A stretch of 64,000 nt of DNA, taken from contig CACOJW010000004.1 of the NCBI GenBank assembly GCA_902627615.1, positions 11,965-75,964 of the forward strand, written 5' to 3'. Both the position numbers and the translations under genes were made by a program. The notes under the pieces are model-generated. The model was not told the DNA's origin. It saw nothing but the letters and a program-made list of their open reading frames with translations, and searched no databases. Source of the DNA: an uncultured marine group III euryarchaeote (GTDB lineage Archaea > Thermoplasmatota > Poseidoniia > MGIII > CG-Epi1). Positions 28,957 through 39,120 of this stretch are shown here, in pieces (the stretch's first letter is position 1; each line of letters begins with the position of its first letter).

Positions 28957-29412
28957 ATGTCTGACGACCCAGATTTCAAGTATATTATTCGCATAGCTAA
29001 CTCAGACGTCTCTGGGGAAGAGCGTTTAGCTTATGCTTTAACTTCTATTAGAGGTATAGGTCTAAGAATTAGTAATGCTATTATTAACAAACTGGGCTTA
29101 GATTCTGAACGTTTAGCTGGAAAATTGTCTGATAAAGAGGTAGAAGATATTGAAAACGCCATAGGAAATATTAATGAATATGTACCAAAATGGCTCCTAA
29201 ATCGGCAAAATGATTACGATTCTGGGGAAGATCTACATCCTGTTAGTATCGATTTGAAAATGCTGCATGAAGATGATATAAACAGAATGAAGAAGGTCAA
29301 ATCCTATAAAGGAATAAGACACGCATCAGGCCATAAAGTTCGTGGACAACGAACTTACTCAAATGGTAGAAGAGGTTTGGCTCTAGGTGTTAGTAAGAGA
29401 AAAGGAGATTAG
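28957..29412 (+). CDS. rps13: 30S ribosomal protein S13
   Basis: FKYIIRIAN, ALTSIRGIG, SYKGIRH..GHKVRGQRT. Confidence 0.97.
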   Translation: MSDDPDFKYIIRIANSDVSGEERLAYALTSIRGIGLRISNAIINKLGLDSERLAGKLSDKEVEDIENAIGNINEYVPKWLLNRQNDYDSGEDLHPVSIDLKMLHEDDINRMKKVKSYKGIRHASGHKVRGQRTYSNGRRGLALGVSKRKGD

Positions 29413-29418
29413 ATAATT

Positions 29419-30060
29419 ATGGGAGATCCAAAGTTTCCAAGTAAGCACTATAACACTCCGTCACACCCTTGGCAAAAAGTACGTATAGATGAGGAAAGAA
29501 CCTTAATTCACCAATACGGCCTTAAAAATAAAAGAGAAATTTGGAAAGCTAATACGAAAATTAGAAGTATGCGAAGGCAAGCCAGAAAGCTTACGGCTAG
29601 TTCTGGAGATGAACAGGCACAAAAAGAAAAAGGTCTTTTATTATCAAAACTCAATAGAATAGGGCTATTAGAACAAGATTCGGGTTTAGAAGATGTTCTT
29701 AGAATGACTGCTGAGAACATATTAGATAGAAGATTACAAACTCAAGTTTACTTACAAGGTTTAGCCTCTACAGCAAAGCAATCGAGACAACTTATCATCC
29801 ACGGGCATATTTCTGTTGATGGTGCCGTAACGAGAGTTCCTGGAATGATTGTAACTAGACTTCAAGAAAAGAGCATAGCTTATGCTTCTAGTTCTGCCTT
29901 GAATAGTGACTTGCACCCAGTTAGGCCTGGTGCTAAGCCAAACTACTCTGATGATGAATCTGAAGAAGAGGATTCTGAACAAAAGCCTAGTGAAAATGTA
30001 GAGGAACAAAAAGAAGTAGAAGATGTTAAAAAAGACGAAGATAAAGGAGAAGACAAATAA
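29419..30060 (+). CDS. rps4: 30S ribosomal protein S4 with acidic C-terminal tail
   Basis: [42 protein letters not shown]. Confidence 0.97.
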   Translation: MGDPKFPSKHYNTPSHPWQKVRIDEERTLIHQYGLKNKREIWKANTKIRSMRRQARKLTASSGDEQAQKEKGLLLSKLNRIGLLEQDSGLEDVLRMTAENILDRRLQTQVYLQGLASTAKQSRQLIIHGHISVDGAVTRVPGMIVTRLQEKSIAYASSSALNSDLHPVRPGAKPNYSDDESEEEDSEQKPSENVEEQKEVEDVKKDEDKGEDK

Positions 30061-30443
30061 TGGATAAATGGGCTGTGGCACACATTTTTGCCTCGCATAA
30101 TAACATCATAATTACAGTTACTGATTCAACTGGTGCAGAAACAATCGCAAAATCTTCTGGAGGAATGGTTGTTAGATCACAGCGTGAAGAATCAAGACCA
30201 CATGCTGCAATGTTAGCTGCAAGTGAGGTTGCTGAAACTCTAAAGGAAAAGGGCATTGAGAATGTTCATGTTAAGTTAAGAGGTGCTGGAGGTAAAAGAA
30301 GCGGCAATCCAGGACCTGGAGCTCAAGCCGCAATAAGAACGCTGGCAAGAGCGGGCGTAATAATCACAAGAATTGATGATGTAACTCCTATTCCTCACGA
30401 TGGTGGAAGAGCGAAGGGCGGAAGAAGAGGTAGGAGAGTCTAA
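30060..30443 (+). CDS. rps11: 30S ribosomal protein S11
   Basis: [35 protein letters not shown]. Confidence 0.97.
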   Translation: MDKWAVAHIFASHNNIIITVTDSTGAETIAKSSGGMVVRSQREESRPHAAMLAASEVAETLKEKGIENVHVKLRGAGGKRSGNPGPGAQAAIRTLARAGVIITRIDDVTPIPHDGGRAKGGRRGRRV

Positions 30444-31300
30444 TGAAAATTAAAATCTTAGAAATGAATGATTACTCTGCGCAGATTGAATTTAAAGACG
30501 TAAATTATTCTTTTGTTAACTCTATAAGAAGATCATTGGTTTCAATGGTACCTTGTTTAGCATTACATGAAATTGACTTCCACATGGGATCATTAGGTTC
30601 GTATGTAGATGAAGAGAGTGGCGACGAAAGAGAATATGAATCTATCAGTGCTATGTTCAACGAAATCGTTGCACATCGAATTGGAATGCTACCGATACCT
30701 ACTGATGAAAAAACAATCGAAGCTTTTGGAGAATCAATAGGTGATGATAGTAAACAACCGGATATCATGTATTCTTTACACAAACAGGGCCCTTGCACTG
30801 TCTACTCTGGCGATTTAGAACCAGTTAGTGGAGATAGCTCATTAGTTATTCCTGAAACAAATGTGCCTCTCGTCAAATTGGCTAGAGGTCAGGCAATTTT
30901 AGTCTATGCCAAAGCAAAGTTTGGAACTGCAAGACAGCACACAAAATGGCAATGTGCAGTGGCTCCAAGATTCTACCAAGCACCCACGATTTCAGTTTCT
31001 TCCAGTAAAGCATCTAAAACAGTATTCAATATTGTAGATAAGAAGAATTTCAAGAAAAAAGGCAATAAACATGTTATTGATAATCCTGTAGAAGCATATG
31101 AAGCTATAAGAAAAATTGAACAATTATGGAATAATGAAGATGCGAAAAACTCTATTGAAATCAGTAGAAAGAAAGACCATTTTATTTTTGAATTTGAAAC
31201 CAACGGAGCTATGACTGCTAAGTTAGCGCTTGAACAAGCTCTTAAGGCACTTAATGGACATTGCAACGAGTTTGCGTCCGCAATAGACGCAACCGCATAA
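30443..31300 (+). CDS. rpoD: RNA polymerase subunit D (Rpo3)
   Basis: NSIRR, EIVAHRIGMLPI, GPCTVYSGDL, PLVKL, HTKWQ, FEFETNG; follows S13-S4-S11. Confidence 0.95.
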   Translation: MKIKILEMNDYSAQIEFKDVNYSFVNSIRRSLVSMVPCLALHEIDFHMGSLGSYVDEESGDEREYESISAMFNEIVAHRIGMLPIPTDEKTIEAFGESIGDDSKQPDIMYSLHKQGPCTVYSGDLEPVSGDSSLVIPETNVPLVKLARGQAILVYAKAKFGTARQHTKWQCAVAPRFYQAPTISVSSSKASKTVFNIVDKKNFKKKGNKHVIDNPVEAYEAIRKIEQLWNNEDAKNSIEISRKKDHFIFEFETNGAMTAKLALEQALKALNGHCNEFASAIDATA

Positions 31301-31303
31301 ACT

Positions 31304-31390
31304 GCGGGGGTCGCATAGCCAGGCCAATTGCGCTAGGTTGAGGGCCTAGTCCTTAGTGGTGCGTGGGTTCAAATCCCACCCCCCGCACCA
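31304..31390 (+). tRNA. tRNA-Leu(GAG), long variable arm, CCA encoded
   Basis: GCGGGGG/CCCCCGC acceptor stem; CTAGG-TTGAGGG-CCTAG anticodon arm; GGTTCAAATCC; starts 3 nt after the rpoD stop. Confidence 0.96.
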
Positions 31391-31391
31391 T

Positions 31392-33170
31392 TTATTCTAA
31401 TACTATTTCTATCCCGTAGGAATTAACTTTCTCGAAACCACCGCTTGGAAGTAATTTCTCTATGCTTGATAAATCTTCAGAAAATACATTTGCAAGCTTT
31501 TTTGATACTGTTTTTCTATCGATAAAACCTGGTTTGAAAACTATATATCTTTTAGATTTACCCACAAATGATTCAACAGGACCTCCCATTAACTTCTCGT
31601 TGCCTTCGTACTCAATAAAGCCTATGGCTAACATAATTTCCAAATTTTTATGCCAATTTCTTTTACCCCTAATGACAAAAGCCCCTTTTGCCAAAAATTC
31701 TCCGGTATTAGGTGTTTTAGATACACTTTCTTTCTCCACCCAAAATGAATGCCCACTAGCAACTCTGGCACCCCATGCTTTACTGTAAGCTAAACTAAAG
31801 CTGGAAGCTTCTTTCATAGATATCTCTGAAGGTGATAAACCTTGCTCACTTTTTACAACGACACTTGGAGCTCCGTGAATGTCTGCATGAGCATATCTGT
31901 CATTCGCCTTCAGATATTTTTTAACTACTTGCTCATTACTTTTTGCATCTTTACCTGCTAAAGCAATATTCCCTTCTGAAGTAATAAACCACCGATATTT
32001 TTCAAACCAGTCTAACTTTTTCTGCTTTACTACCTTAGGAGATCTTGGCCTAGGTTTTTCCCGGAGTATTTCTTTTGTCCTACTAGCCTTTCTTTCACTC
32101 TCTTTAGCTTTATCGAAGTATAGTGAAGCGTTAGATTGTGCAGTTTTTGATGTTAATAATTTGATTTCCGTACCATTTATCTTCAATAATACCTCATCAT
32201 CATCACCAACTAAAGATTGCTCAACAGCAACGATGTTTGAAAAAATTAAATCGCCTATCCTTCTAAATTCCTTAGCTTCTTCTAAATATTTATCAATAGC
32301 TTCTTTCTGCTTATTTATTCTTATATCATCCTTATTTTTAACAATTTTTTCGGGAACCTCAATCTGATTGATATAAGATTCGATTGCTAAATCAAGCGTT
32401 GCAAACTTAGGCCCTTTAGTTAAATTGGATAAATTATAGGATGATACTGTGAAATTTCTTCCATCATCATCAAGAAATATCGTGGGTTCAATTTTATCAT
32501 TAAGAACCTTATTTATCTCTTCAAAAATAACTTCAATCTGCATTTTTGATATTTTAGAATTCGGATCCAAATCTAAATTATGACAAACTAAATTAGCTAA
32601 TTCACCTCCTAAATTGCAATCTATAGTTAAACTAGCTGCCAAATTTCTATCAGATTTTAATAATTTTTCTTCATAGCCTCTAAATTCTGAATTGAAAGGA
32701 TTGAAACCTGGTGGTGAAATATATTTTTCTTTAGGTACAAGATTACGGTGTCGAAATTTTTGCTGGCGCATGACCATGACAATATCATCTCCGTCGCAAA
32801 GTATTGCATTTCCTTTGTGGAAAAATTCAAATATTAATTTAGTTTTTTCATCTCTACGTGAAAAAATAAATGATATAATTCTATCGCCGTTTAATTGCTC
32901 TATTGCTTCTAGACGACTTTTCTTAATTTGACTTCTTACTTGATTAACGAAAGCACCTTGATTAGATTCAGTTGATAATGAAGCCTTTGTCAAATAAGCC
33001 CAACCATCTAAATCTAAAACTAATCTTATTGTGCCTAAATCTCTATTTCTAAGTTTTAATATTAATTTATTAGAATTCGGCCTGCCGAACTGATCTAAAC
33101 GAGAGCCAACCAGAGGTTGCCACTCACGAACAAGCTCCCTAATATCTGAGCTCGTTAAGGCTTTTTTCAT
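31392..33170 (-). CDS. rqcH: Ribosome quality-control factor Rqc2/NEMF/RqcH (NFACT)
   Basis: DRII motif, NASLYFDKAK, WFEKYRWF, GKDAKSNEQVVKKY, HADIHGA, GAFVIRGKRN. Confidence 0.93.
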   Translation of the reverse strand: MKKALTSSDIRELVREWQPLVGSRLDQFGRPNSNKLILKLRNRDLGTIRLVLDLDGWAYLTKASLSTESNQGAFVNQVRSQIKKSRLEAIEQLNGDRIISFIFSRRDEKTKLIFEFFHKGNAILCDGDDIVMVMRQQKFRHRNLVPKEKYISPPGFNPFNSEFRGYEEKLLKSDRNLAASLTIDCNLGGELANLVCHNLDLDPNSKISKMQIEVIFEEINKVLNDKIEPTIFLDDDGRNFTVSSYNLSNLTKGPKFATLDLAIESYINQIEVPEKIVKNKDDIRINKQKEAIDKYLEEAKEFRRIGDLIFSNIVAVEQSLVGDDDEVLLKINGTEIKLLTSKTAQSNASLYFDKAKESERKASRTKEILREKPRPRSPKVVKQKKLDWFEKYRWFITSEGNIALAGKDAKSNEQVVKKYLKANDRYAHADIHGAPSVVVKSEQGLSPSEISMKEASSFSLAYSKAWGARVASGHSFWVEKESVSKTPNTGEFLAKGAFVIRGKRNWHKNLEIMLAIGFIEYEGNEKLMGGPVESFVGKSKRYIVFKPGFIDRKTVSKKLANVFSEDLSSIEKLLPSGGFEKVNSYGIEIVLE

Positions 33171-33190
33171 TTACTAAATTATGACTTACT

Positions 33191-34591
33191 TTATTCTGAG
33201 TCTCTATTTCTATAGTAAGATGACAACATGACTGCCACAGCAATTGCTGAAATCAGAGCAAAGAAACCAACAAAGAACGAAGGAGCTGAAGACTTAGCCC
33301 TTATTACTTTGAAATATTGAGTTCCTTGATTGTTATCTTCATCTATTTCTTCAATCTTATCTGAAGGATCTACTTTAACAACTACAGACAATCCTACCTC
33401 ATTATCTTCATCATAAGCTCTTGCAGGCTGCCATTCTACAGGATCTAAAGAAACTTCTTGACCATGAGCTAAAGAATCAACTGTGATAACAGAACCTAGT
33501 TGAGCTCCATCAATGTAAATCTTTACCTCCACATTATTTGTTCTAGCTCCAGATGAATCAATCGTTCCACCATTATTCCTAACTTTTACATAAATTTTTA
33601 CAACCTGAGAATTATCGTTTGTATTAATCCATGCTGAATTGTGACTAAAGGTAATATCCGTGTTTAAAATTTCCAAATCTGGCTGAGGAATGAAAATGCT
33701 AATGCTACATCCTTGGTCTGCACCTCCATTTGCAGAGCTTGCAATGAATTCAACCGTGTATGTTCCAGGTCTAGCCTCTTCAGGAACTGCAACACTGAAT
33801 CTAGATTCAGCTGAAGATTCGCCAGCGCTACTACTAGTTCCTATCAGCACCTTACCATTTGATAATCCTGTATTAAGGACAAAACCTGTTGTTGGAGCGC
33901 CGGCGCTACTAGAAATTGTATTTGCAAATGTGTAACTATCATCTTCAAATCCAGTATTTGTAAGTGTATAATCCACAAATCCTGTCTCTCCCTGATAAAG
34001 TTGATTACCTCCTTCGGACAACTCAGTATCACATACTACTGTTGAAGAATATGCTGTGGCTGCTGTGATAGTCAAAGTTTTAACATTAGTTGTATTTCCA
34101 GATGCTGAAGCTGGATTACCGTCATTATTTTCACCAATACCACTATTTGTTCCACCATCGTACCATTTTGGATCTGGCTTACCGTAAATTTGTACTTCAT
34201 TTTGATCTCCTGAACTACAAACTGGCTCATCGCAAGTTACTGTGAAAGTAATTGATATAGCTCCTCCCTTGTCTATGCTAGCTATATTATTAGGCAAAGG
34301 ATCACCATTGGAATCTTTAAATGAAGAACCCCAAGCAGTTCCGCCCGGCCAGTTAGCAACCATGAAAACTTCCATTTGTCTATGACGTGTGTCTTTACTA
34401 TCTAGTTCCACCGTAAATGAGACAGACTGTCCTACCATTACTGTCTTTGAAGTTGCATCAACATCTAATACTACCTCACTATCTGCTGCATCCACGTTAG
34501 ATATGGCCATTGTAGCAACAAACATAGCAACTACAGCTACAGACATAACTGTGTTGCGAGAAACTGTTTTGGAAAACTTGGTTACTTCCAT
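33191..34591 (-). CDS. Cell-surface Ig-like/CARDB-domain protein with C-terminal membrane anchor
   Basis: Signal peptide; PQPDLEI, VKVRNNG, VDPSDKIEEIDEDNN (CARDB); C-terminal PSF-TM-basic tail. Confidence 0.85.
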   Translation of the reverse strand: MEVTKFSKTVSRNTVMSVAVVAMFVATMAISNVDAADSEVVLDVDATSKTVMVGQSVSFTVELDSKDTRHRQMEVFMVANWPGGTAWGSSFKDSNGDPLPNNIASIDKGGAISITFTVTCDEPVCSSGDQNEVQIYGKPDPKWYDGGTNSGIGENNDGNPASASGNTTNVKTLTITAATAYSSTVVCDTELSEGGNQLYQGETGFVDYTLTNTGFEDDSYTFANTISSSAGAPTTGFVLNTGLSNGKVLIGTSSSAGESSAESRFSVAVPEEARPGTYTVEFIASSANGGADQGCSISIFIPQPDLEILNTDITFSHNSAWINTNDNSQVVKIYVKVRNNGGTIDSSGARTNNVEVKIYIDGAQLGSVITVDSLAHGQEVSLDPVEWQPARAYDEDNEVGLSVVVKVDPSDKIEEIDEDNNQGTQYFKVIRAKSSAPSFFVGFFALISAIAVAVMLSSYYRNRDSE

Positions 34592-34699
34592 TTTTTACTC
34601 CATTGTTCGATATGAACTAAATCCCTACAAAATTGGGTAATAAAAAGGCTTCCGATACCTCCAATCTTATTAACTATCGATTATAATGTATAGATTAAC

Positions 34700-35635
34700 A
34701 TGCAAATTAAAGACGACATAATGGATTTTTTAGGGATGTGGAATTCCGCTGAATTCGAACAATCTGTAATAAAAGGTGGGCAAATAATAATTTCTGGAAT
34801 GGGAGGTTCTGGAATAGGCGGACAAATATTATCATCTGTTAGTGATTCATACGGTTTTGCAAGCATCAGCTCTTGGAATAATTACAATTTACCAAAATGG
34901 GCAAATAAGAACTGCTCAGTGATTTGTGTCTCATACTCTGGCAATACTGCTGAAACTTTGTCTGCAGCTAAAGATGCCTTAGAGCTAGGTTGTAATCTTG
35001 AAGTTATCACTACTGGTGGAAAATTAAAAAAATTAGCTGAATTAAATAGTTTAAGTATTACAGAAATAGAAAAAGGCCATCAACCAAGGGCTGCGCTCCC
35101 TTTGCTCCTGAAAGCTTTGATCAGCCGTGTAGGATTACCTGATATAGATCGACAAATTAGGGAGGTAGGTGAGCTTACACTTCCTATTGATGAAGCTAGA
35201 AATATAGCTTCTCAAATAAAAGGAACAATACCTTGCATATACTCTAGTAACTTGATGAATCCTGTGGCATATAGGTGGAGATGTCAAATACAAGAAAATG
35301 CAAAACAATTGGCATTTAATCATCAAATACCTGAAATGAATCATAATGAAATCGTTGGTTGGACTTTACCTAATAGCCAGATGTCTGTGATTCTTATCCG
35401 AGATTCAAATGAGAACGAGCGAATTAAGAATAGATTTGATGCTACGAAGAACGTAGCCTGGAACGATATGAAAGTTATTGAATGCGTTACAAAGGGAAGA
35501 ACACCTCTAGCAAGAATAATGAGCATGATAATTTTAGGAGATTTAGTTTCACTCGAATTAGCAAACTTAAACAACGTTAATCCTACACCAGTTGAAGTTA
35601 TAGAAAATCTAAAGAAAGAATTAGGCGGAAAGTAA
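34700..35635 (+). CDS. Bifunctional phosphoglucose/phosphomannose isomerase
   Basis: GMGGSGIGG, SYSGNTAET, TTGGKL, QPRAA, ENAK, PEMNHNEI. Confidence 0.93.
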   Translation: MQIKDDIMDFLGMWNSAEFEQSVIKGGQIIISGMGGSGIGGQILSSVSDSYGFASISSWNNYNLPKWANKNCSVICVSYSGNTAETLSAAKDALELGCNLEVITTGGKLKKLAELNSLSITEIEKGHQPRAALPLLLKALISRVGLPDIDRQIREVGELTLPIDEARNIASQIKGTIPCIYSSNLMNPVAYRWRCQIQENAKQLAFNHQIPEMNHNEIVGWTLPNSQMSVILIRDSNENERIKNRFDATKNVAWNDMKVIECVTKGRTPLARIMSMIILGDLVSLELANLNNVNPTPVEVIENLKKELGGK

Positions 35636-36186
35636 TGAATTTAGAATCATACTCTATACTGGAGTCTATGTTCGTTGTTCTGCTAATTATGTCACCTGCA
35701 TATTTAGCAAACACGATTGCAGTTTTGACAGGCGGAAAATATCCTATTGATCAGGGGAAATTGCATAGTGATGGGAATAGAATATTGGGTGACGGAAAAA
35801 CTTGGAGTGGGCTAATTGGCGGCACTATTGGAGGAATGCTGGTAGGATATGGAGTAATCGTTTTTATTCATGAATACATTATGGAATCTCTGGACATTTC
35901 AATATTATTTCTCCTATCTTTTGGAGCTTTATTAGGAGACATAACTGCTTCTTTTTACAAAAGACGGCAGAACCTCCAAAGAGGTGATAAGTTTCCACTT
36001 TTAGATATGTATGATTTCATATTTATGTCACTTCTATTGTGCTTTATTTTTGAACGCGTGTGGCTCCTTTCATGGATTTTAGATGGATGGGTCCCTCTTT
36101 TCACAATACTCGTTCTCACTCCATTCCTACACAGAGGTGTGAATATTATTGGCTACAAAATAGGTGTAAAAAATGAACCTTGGTAA
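35635..36186 (+). CDS. carS: CDP-archaeol synthase
   Basis: PAYLAN, PIDQG...DGNRILGDGKTWSG, GDITASFYKRR, LDMYDF, KNEPW. Confidence 0.95.
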   Translation: MNLESYSILESMFVVLLIMSPAYLANTIAVLTGGKYPIDQGKLHSDGNRILGDGKTWSGLIGGTIGGMLVGYGVIVFIHEYIMESLDISILFLLSFGALLGDITASFYKRRQNLQRGDKFPLLDMYDFIFMSLLLCFIFERVWLLSWILDGWVPLFTILVLTPFLHRGVNIIGYKIGVKNEPW

Positions 36187-36471
36187 TTAATCTGTTTTTC
36201 TCAAGTTTTTAAGTTCTTTACCAATTTTATGAAGTAAATCCATTTTCTTGCCTTCATAAAACAAATTTATACTTCCCAACTCAGCAGACCAATTACTTGG
36301 ATGAGATTTAGAACTCTTCGTAACTTTGGTACCAATGATTTTAGTTATAGAATACAATTCATCCACATTTGGTTTCTTCACAGAAATGTTAATTGGAACC
36401 TTACGACCTTCTGATCTCTTTAAATTAAAATCGAAATATTCCGGATACAAGACTATAGGTTTATCAGACAT
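36187..36471 (-). CDS. srp19: Signal recognition particle 19 kDa protein
   Basis: VLYPEYFD..LKRSEGRKVP and KSHPSNW; downstream of rps8e. Confidence 0.9.
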   Translation of the reverse strand: MSDKPIVLYPEYFDFNLKRSEGRKVPINISVKKPNVDELYSITKIIGTKVTKSSKSHPSNWSAELGSINLFYEGKKMDLLHKIGKELKNLRKTD

Positions 36472-36475
36472 CAAT

Positions 36476-36854
36476 CTAAATTAAAACTGCATTAACTACA
36501 CCATGCTGACCTGGCCGTGAAGTTACTTTTGCTTTACCTTTCTCAGTTTCAATTACAGAACCTTTAGTAATTATATTCTGTCTTACATAGTTAGGATTAG
36601 CTGCATTCTCTACAACTTCCAAAATCTTTGAGCTAAAACTTTTTCCAGATTTTGGATCTGTAACGGAGACTACTTCTGTTCTTAACAGCCTATCTTTTCT
36701 TCCGCCTCCTCTTGCTCTAGCAACCTTTTTTGTTAATTCCCCTATTTTGGCTTGTTGCAATTCTCTTCCAATTTCATATCTTTTCTTGCTTCTGCTAGAA
36801 GCTAAACGCCCCCCCCGTGGACTTTCGCTTGGATTTTCCTTGCCATAATGCCAT
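36476..36854 (-). CDS. rps8e: 30S ribosomal protein S8e, frameshifted in this sequence by one extra base in a G8 run (36809-36816)
   Basis: ATG 36854 gives MALWQGKSKRKSTGG; removing one G continues RLASSRSKKRYEIGRE into ...NPNYVRQNIITKG...VTSRPGQHGVVNAVLI; span 379 nt = 378+1. Confidence 0.93.
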
Positions 36855-36961
36855 ATTTACGAAGTGCGCGACAAGGGGATTGTATTTAAGATTTGAGATA
36901 TTTAATAAATGAAGAAAAGTATAGGTAATCTTAAATATTAACAAGAAAACCCGAGAATACT

Positions 36962-37561
36962 ATGTCATTAGAAAAAATGGCTGAAAAAGCAGTTAGTTTG
37001 AGAGAAAAGGGACATGCTAATAGAGAAATTAGCCAAGAAATGCACCTTTCTGAAGCGACAGTTGAATGGTTACTTGCAAAAAAAGCCTCAGAAGACTTTA
37101 ACGAAGCACTTCCTCCTGATGTCAAAGTTGGATGGAGAACTATAGGTGTTTCGGGTTCAAGAATAAATTCTATCGCTGAAATAATGGCCGATGTTATTTT
37201 AGAAGAACAAGAAAAAAATGAATTTGAATTGGATATGATTGCAGGAATAACACATAATGGAATACCATTAGCTACAAATATTTCTGATTTACTAGGATTA
37301 GATTTCGGTATGATTAGACCCAGTAGAGACGGTACAGAAACTAATTATGCATCGAATTATGCTGGACTTGATGGGAAAAATGTTGTCATAGTTGATGATG
37401 TGGTAAGTACTGGCGCAACAACAAGAGAGGCAATCGATTTTGTAAGGAAACAAAATGCAAACCCTGTTTTAGTAATAGTTTTAATTAACAAAAAAGCTGA
37501 TGATAATTTAGAAGGTGTACCTTTAAGGGCTTTAATTAGAGCGAGACCGGTAAGAAACTAA
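36962..37561 (+). CDS. HTH plus PRTase protein (archaeal PyrE-like/GfcR-type regulator)
   Basis: N-terminal HTH (REISQEMHLSEATVEWLL), DVKVGWRTIG, VVIVDDVVSTGAT PRPP loop. Confidence 0.85.
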   Translation: MSLEKMAEKAVSLREKGHANREISQEMHLSEATVEWLLAKKASEDFNEALPPDVKVGWRTIGVSGSRINSIAEIMADVILEEQEKNEFELDMIAGITHNGIPLATNISDLLGLDFGMIRPSRDGTETNYASNYAGLDGKNVVIVDDVVSTGATTREAIDFVRKQNANPVLVIVLINKKADDNLEGVPLRALIRARPVRN

Positions 37562-39084
37562 TGCATTGGGCTGACGTAGTCGCTGAAAAACTTTTGGAAT
37601 CAGGAAAAAAACATGTTATTTCTTCCGGAATAACTCCGTCAGGCCCTATACATCTAGGCAGCATGCGGGAAATTTTAACTGCTGATGCAATAGTAAGAGC
37701 CGTTAATGATAAGGGAGGGGAAGCTGAACTACTATATGTTGCAGATAATGCAGACCCCTTGAGAAAGGTTTACCCCTTTTTAAATGAAGAAAAATATGGG
37801 GCATATGTTGGTAGACCACTTGCTGAAATTCCTGCTCCAGAAGGAGATAGAAGCTACGACCAATTTTTTCTTAAACCCTTTTTTCAGGCTTTAGAAGAAG
37901 TAGGAGTCAGGCCTAAAGTAATAGATAATTATGATTATTATAAAAATGGGAAATATAATGAATGCGTAAAAAAAATAATTGAGAGTCGAAATGAAGCGAG
38001 AGATATATTAGAAAAAATATCCGGAAGACAACTTCCAAAACATTGGTTTCCGTGGACATTTAAAGATAAAGATGGGAAATTATGTAATGGGAAATTTATA
38101 AGATACGAATGGCCTTTTGTTTATTTTGAAAATAAATCTGGTGATGAAATACAAAATAATATTGAAAAGGGTGAAGGGAAACTTCCATGGAGGCTCGATT
38201 GGCCATCAAAGTGGAAAATACTAGGAGTTACTTTTGAAGCATTCGGAAAAGATCATGCTACGAAAGGTGGAAGCTTTGATACAGGTAAACGAATTGTAAA
38301 AGATATTTTGGATTATAAAGAACCTCACCACCTTGTATACGAATGGATTAATCTAAAAGGAAAAGGGGCTATGCATTCGTCAACTGGTCTTGCTATATCT
38401 GCTGAGGAAATGCTTAGAATGGCACCACCTGAAGTAATAAGGTGGCTCATAATGCAGCCCCAACCAAACAGACATGTTGATTTTGATCCAGGGTTAGGAC
38501 TATTAAATTCTGTTGATAAATATGATCGAAGTTTACAAACTTATTACTCTGGAGATTTGGAAGAAAATTCATCAAGAGCTCTAGAATTAAGTCAAATCAA
38601 AGCAATTCCTGAAGAAGAGAATCAGACAATACCTTACCGGCATTTAGTAACATTGTCACAATCAAAGGAAAATCATGAAGAAATAGAGAAAACTCTGGTT
38701 CGAACCGGTGATATTAAAAAATTGAATACTAATGAAATTAAGAATCTAAAATCAAGACTAAATTGCATAGAAGGGTGGTTAGATAATTATGCTCCTGAAA
38801 GTGTTAAGTTTAAAATACAAAAAAATGTTCCTAATCTCGACTTAAACTCTGACGAAAAAATATACCTTGAAAATCTGAAAGAAAAAATGACTTTAATTGA
38901 TTGGAATCCTGAATCTATTCATGACTCATTTTATGAACTACAAGAAACATCTGAAATTTCTGCAAAAGAATATTTCAGAATTATGTATCTTGTATTGTTA
39001 GGTAAAGAAAGAGGACCTAGACTAGGATTTTTCTTAGCTACTATTGACAAAGATTTTGTCATAAATAGGCTAGATTCCTACTAG
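37561..39084 (+). CDS. lysS: Class I lysyl-tRNA synthetase
   Basis: MHWAD, SGITPSGPIHLG, KLPWRLDWP, FGKDH, MHSSTG, GPRLG. Confidence 0.96.
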   Translation: MHWADVVAEKLLESGKKHVISSGITPSGPIHLGSMREILTADAIVRAVNDKGGEAELLYVADNADPLRKVYPFLNEEKYGAYVGRPLAEIPAPEGDRSYDQFFLKPFFQALEEVGVRPKVIDNYDYYKNGKYNECVKKIIESRNEARDILEKISGRQLPKHWFPWTFKDKDGKLCNGKFIRYEWPFVYFENKSGDEIQNNIEKGEGKLPWRLDWPSKWKILGVTFEAFGKDHATKGGSFDTGKRIVKDILDYKEPHHLVYEWINLKGKGAMHSSTGLAISAEEMLRMAPPEVIRWLIMQPQPNRHVDFDPGLGLLNSVDKYDRSLQTYYSGDLEENSSRALELSQIKAIPEEENQTIPYRHLVTLSQSKENHEEIEKTLVRTGDIKKLNTNEIKNLKSRLNCIEGWLDNYAPESVKFKIQKNVPNLDLNSDEKIYLENLKEKMTLIDWNPESIHDSFYELQETSEISAKEYFRIMYLVLLGKERGPRLGFFLATIDKDFVINRLDSY

Positions 39085-39120
39085 AATAAACTGTATTAAG
39101 AACCTAGTTTGTAAACTGTT

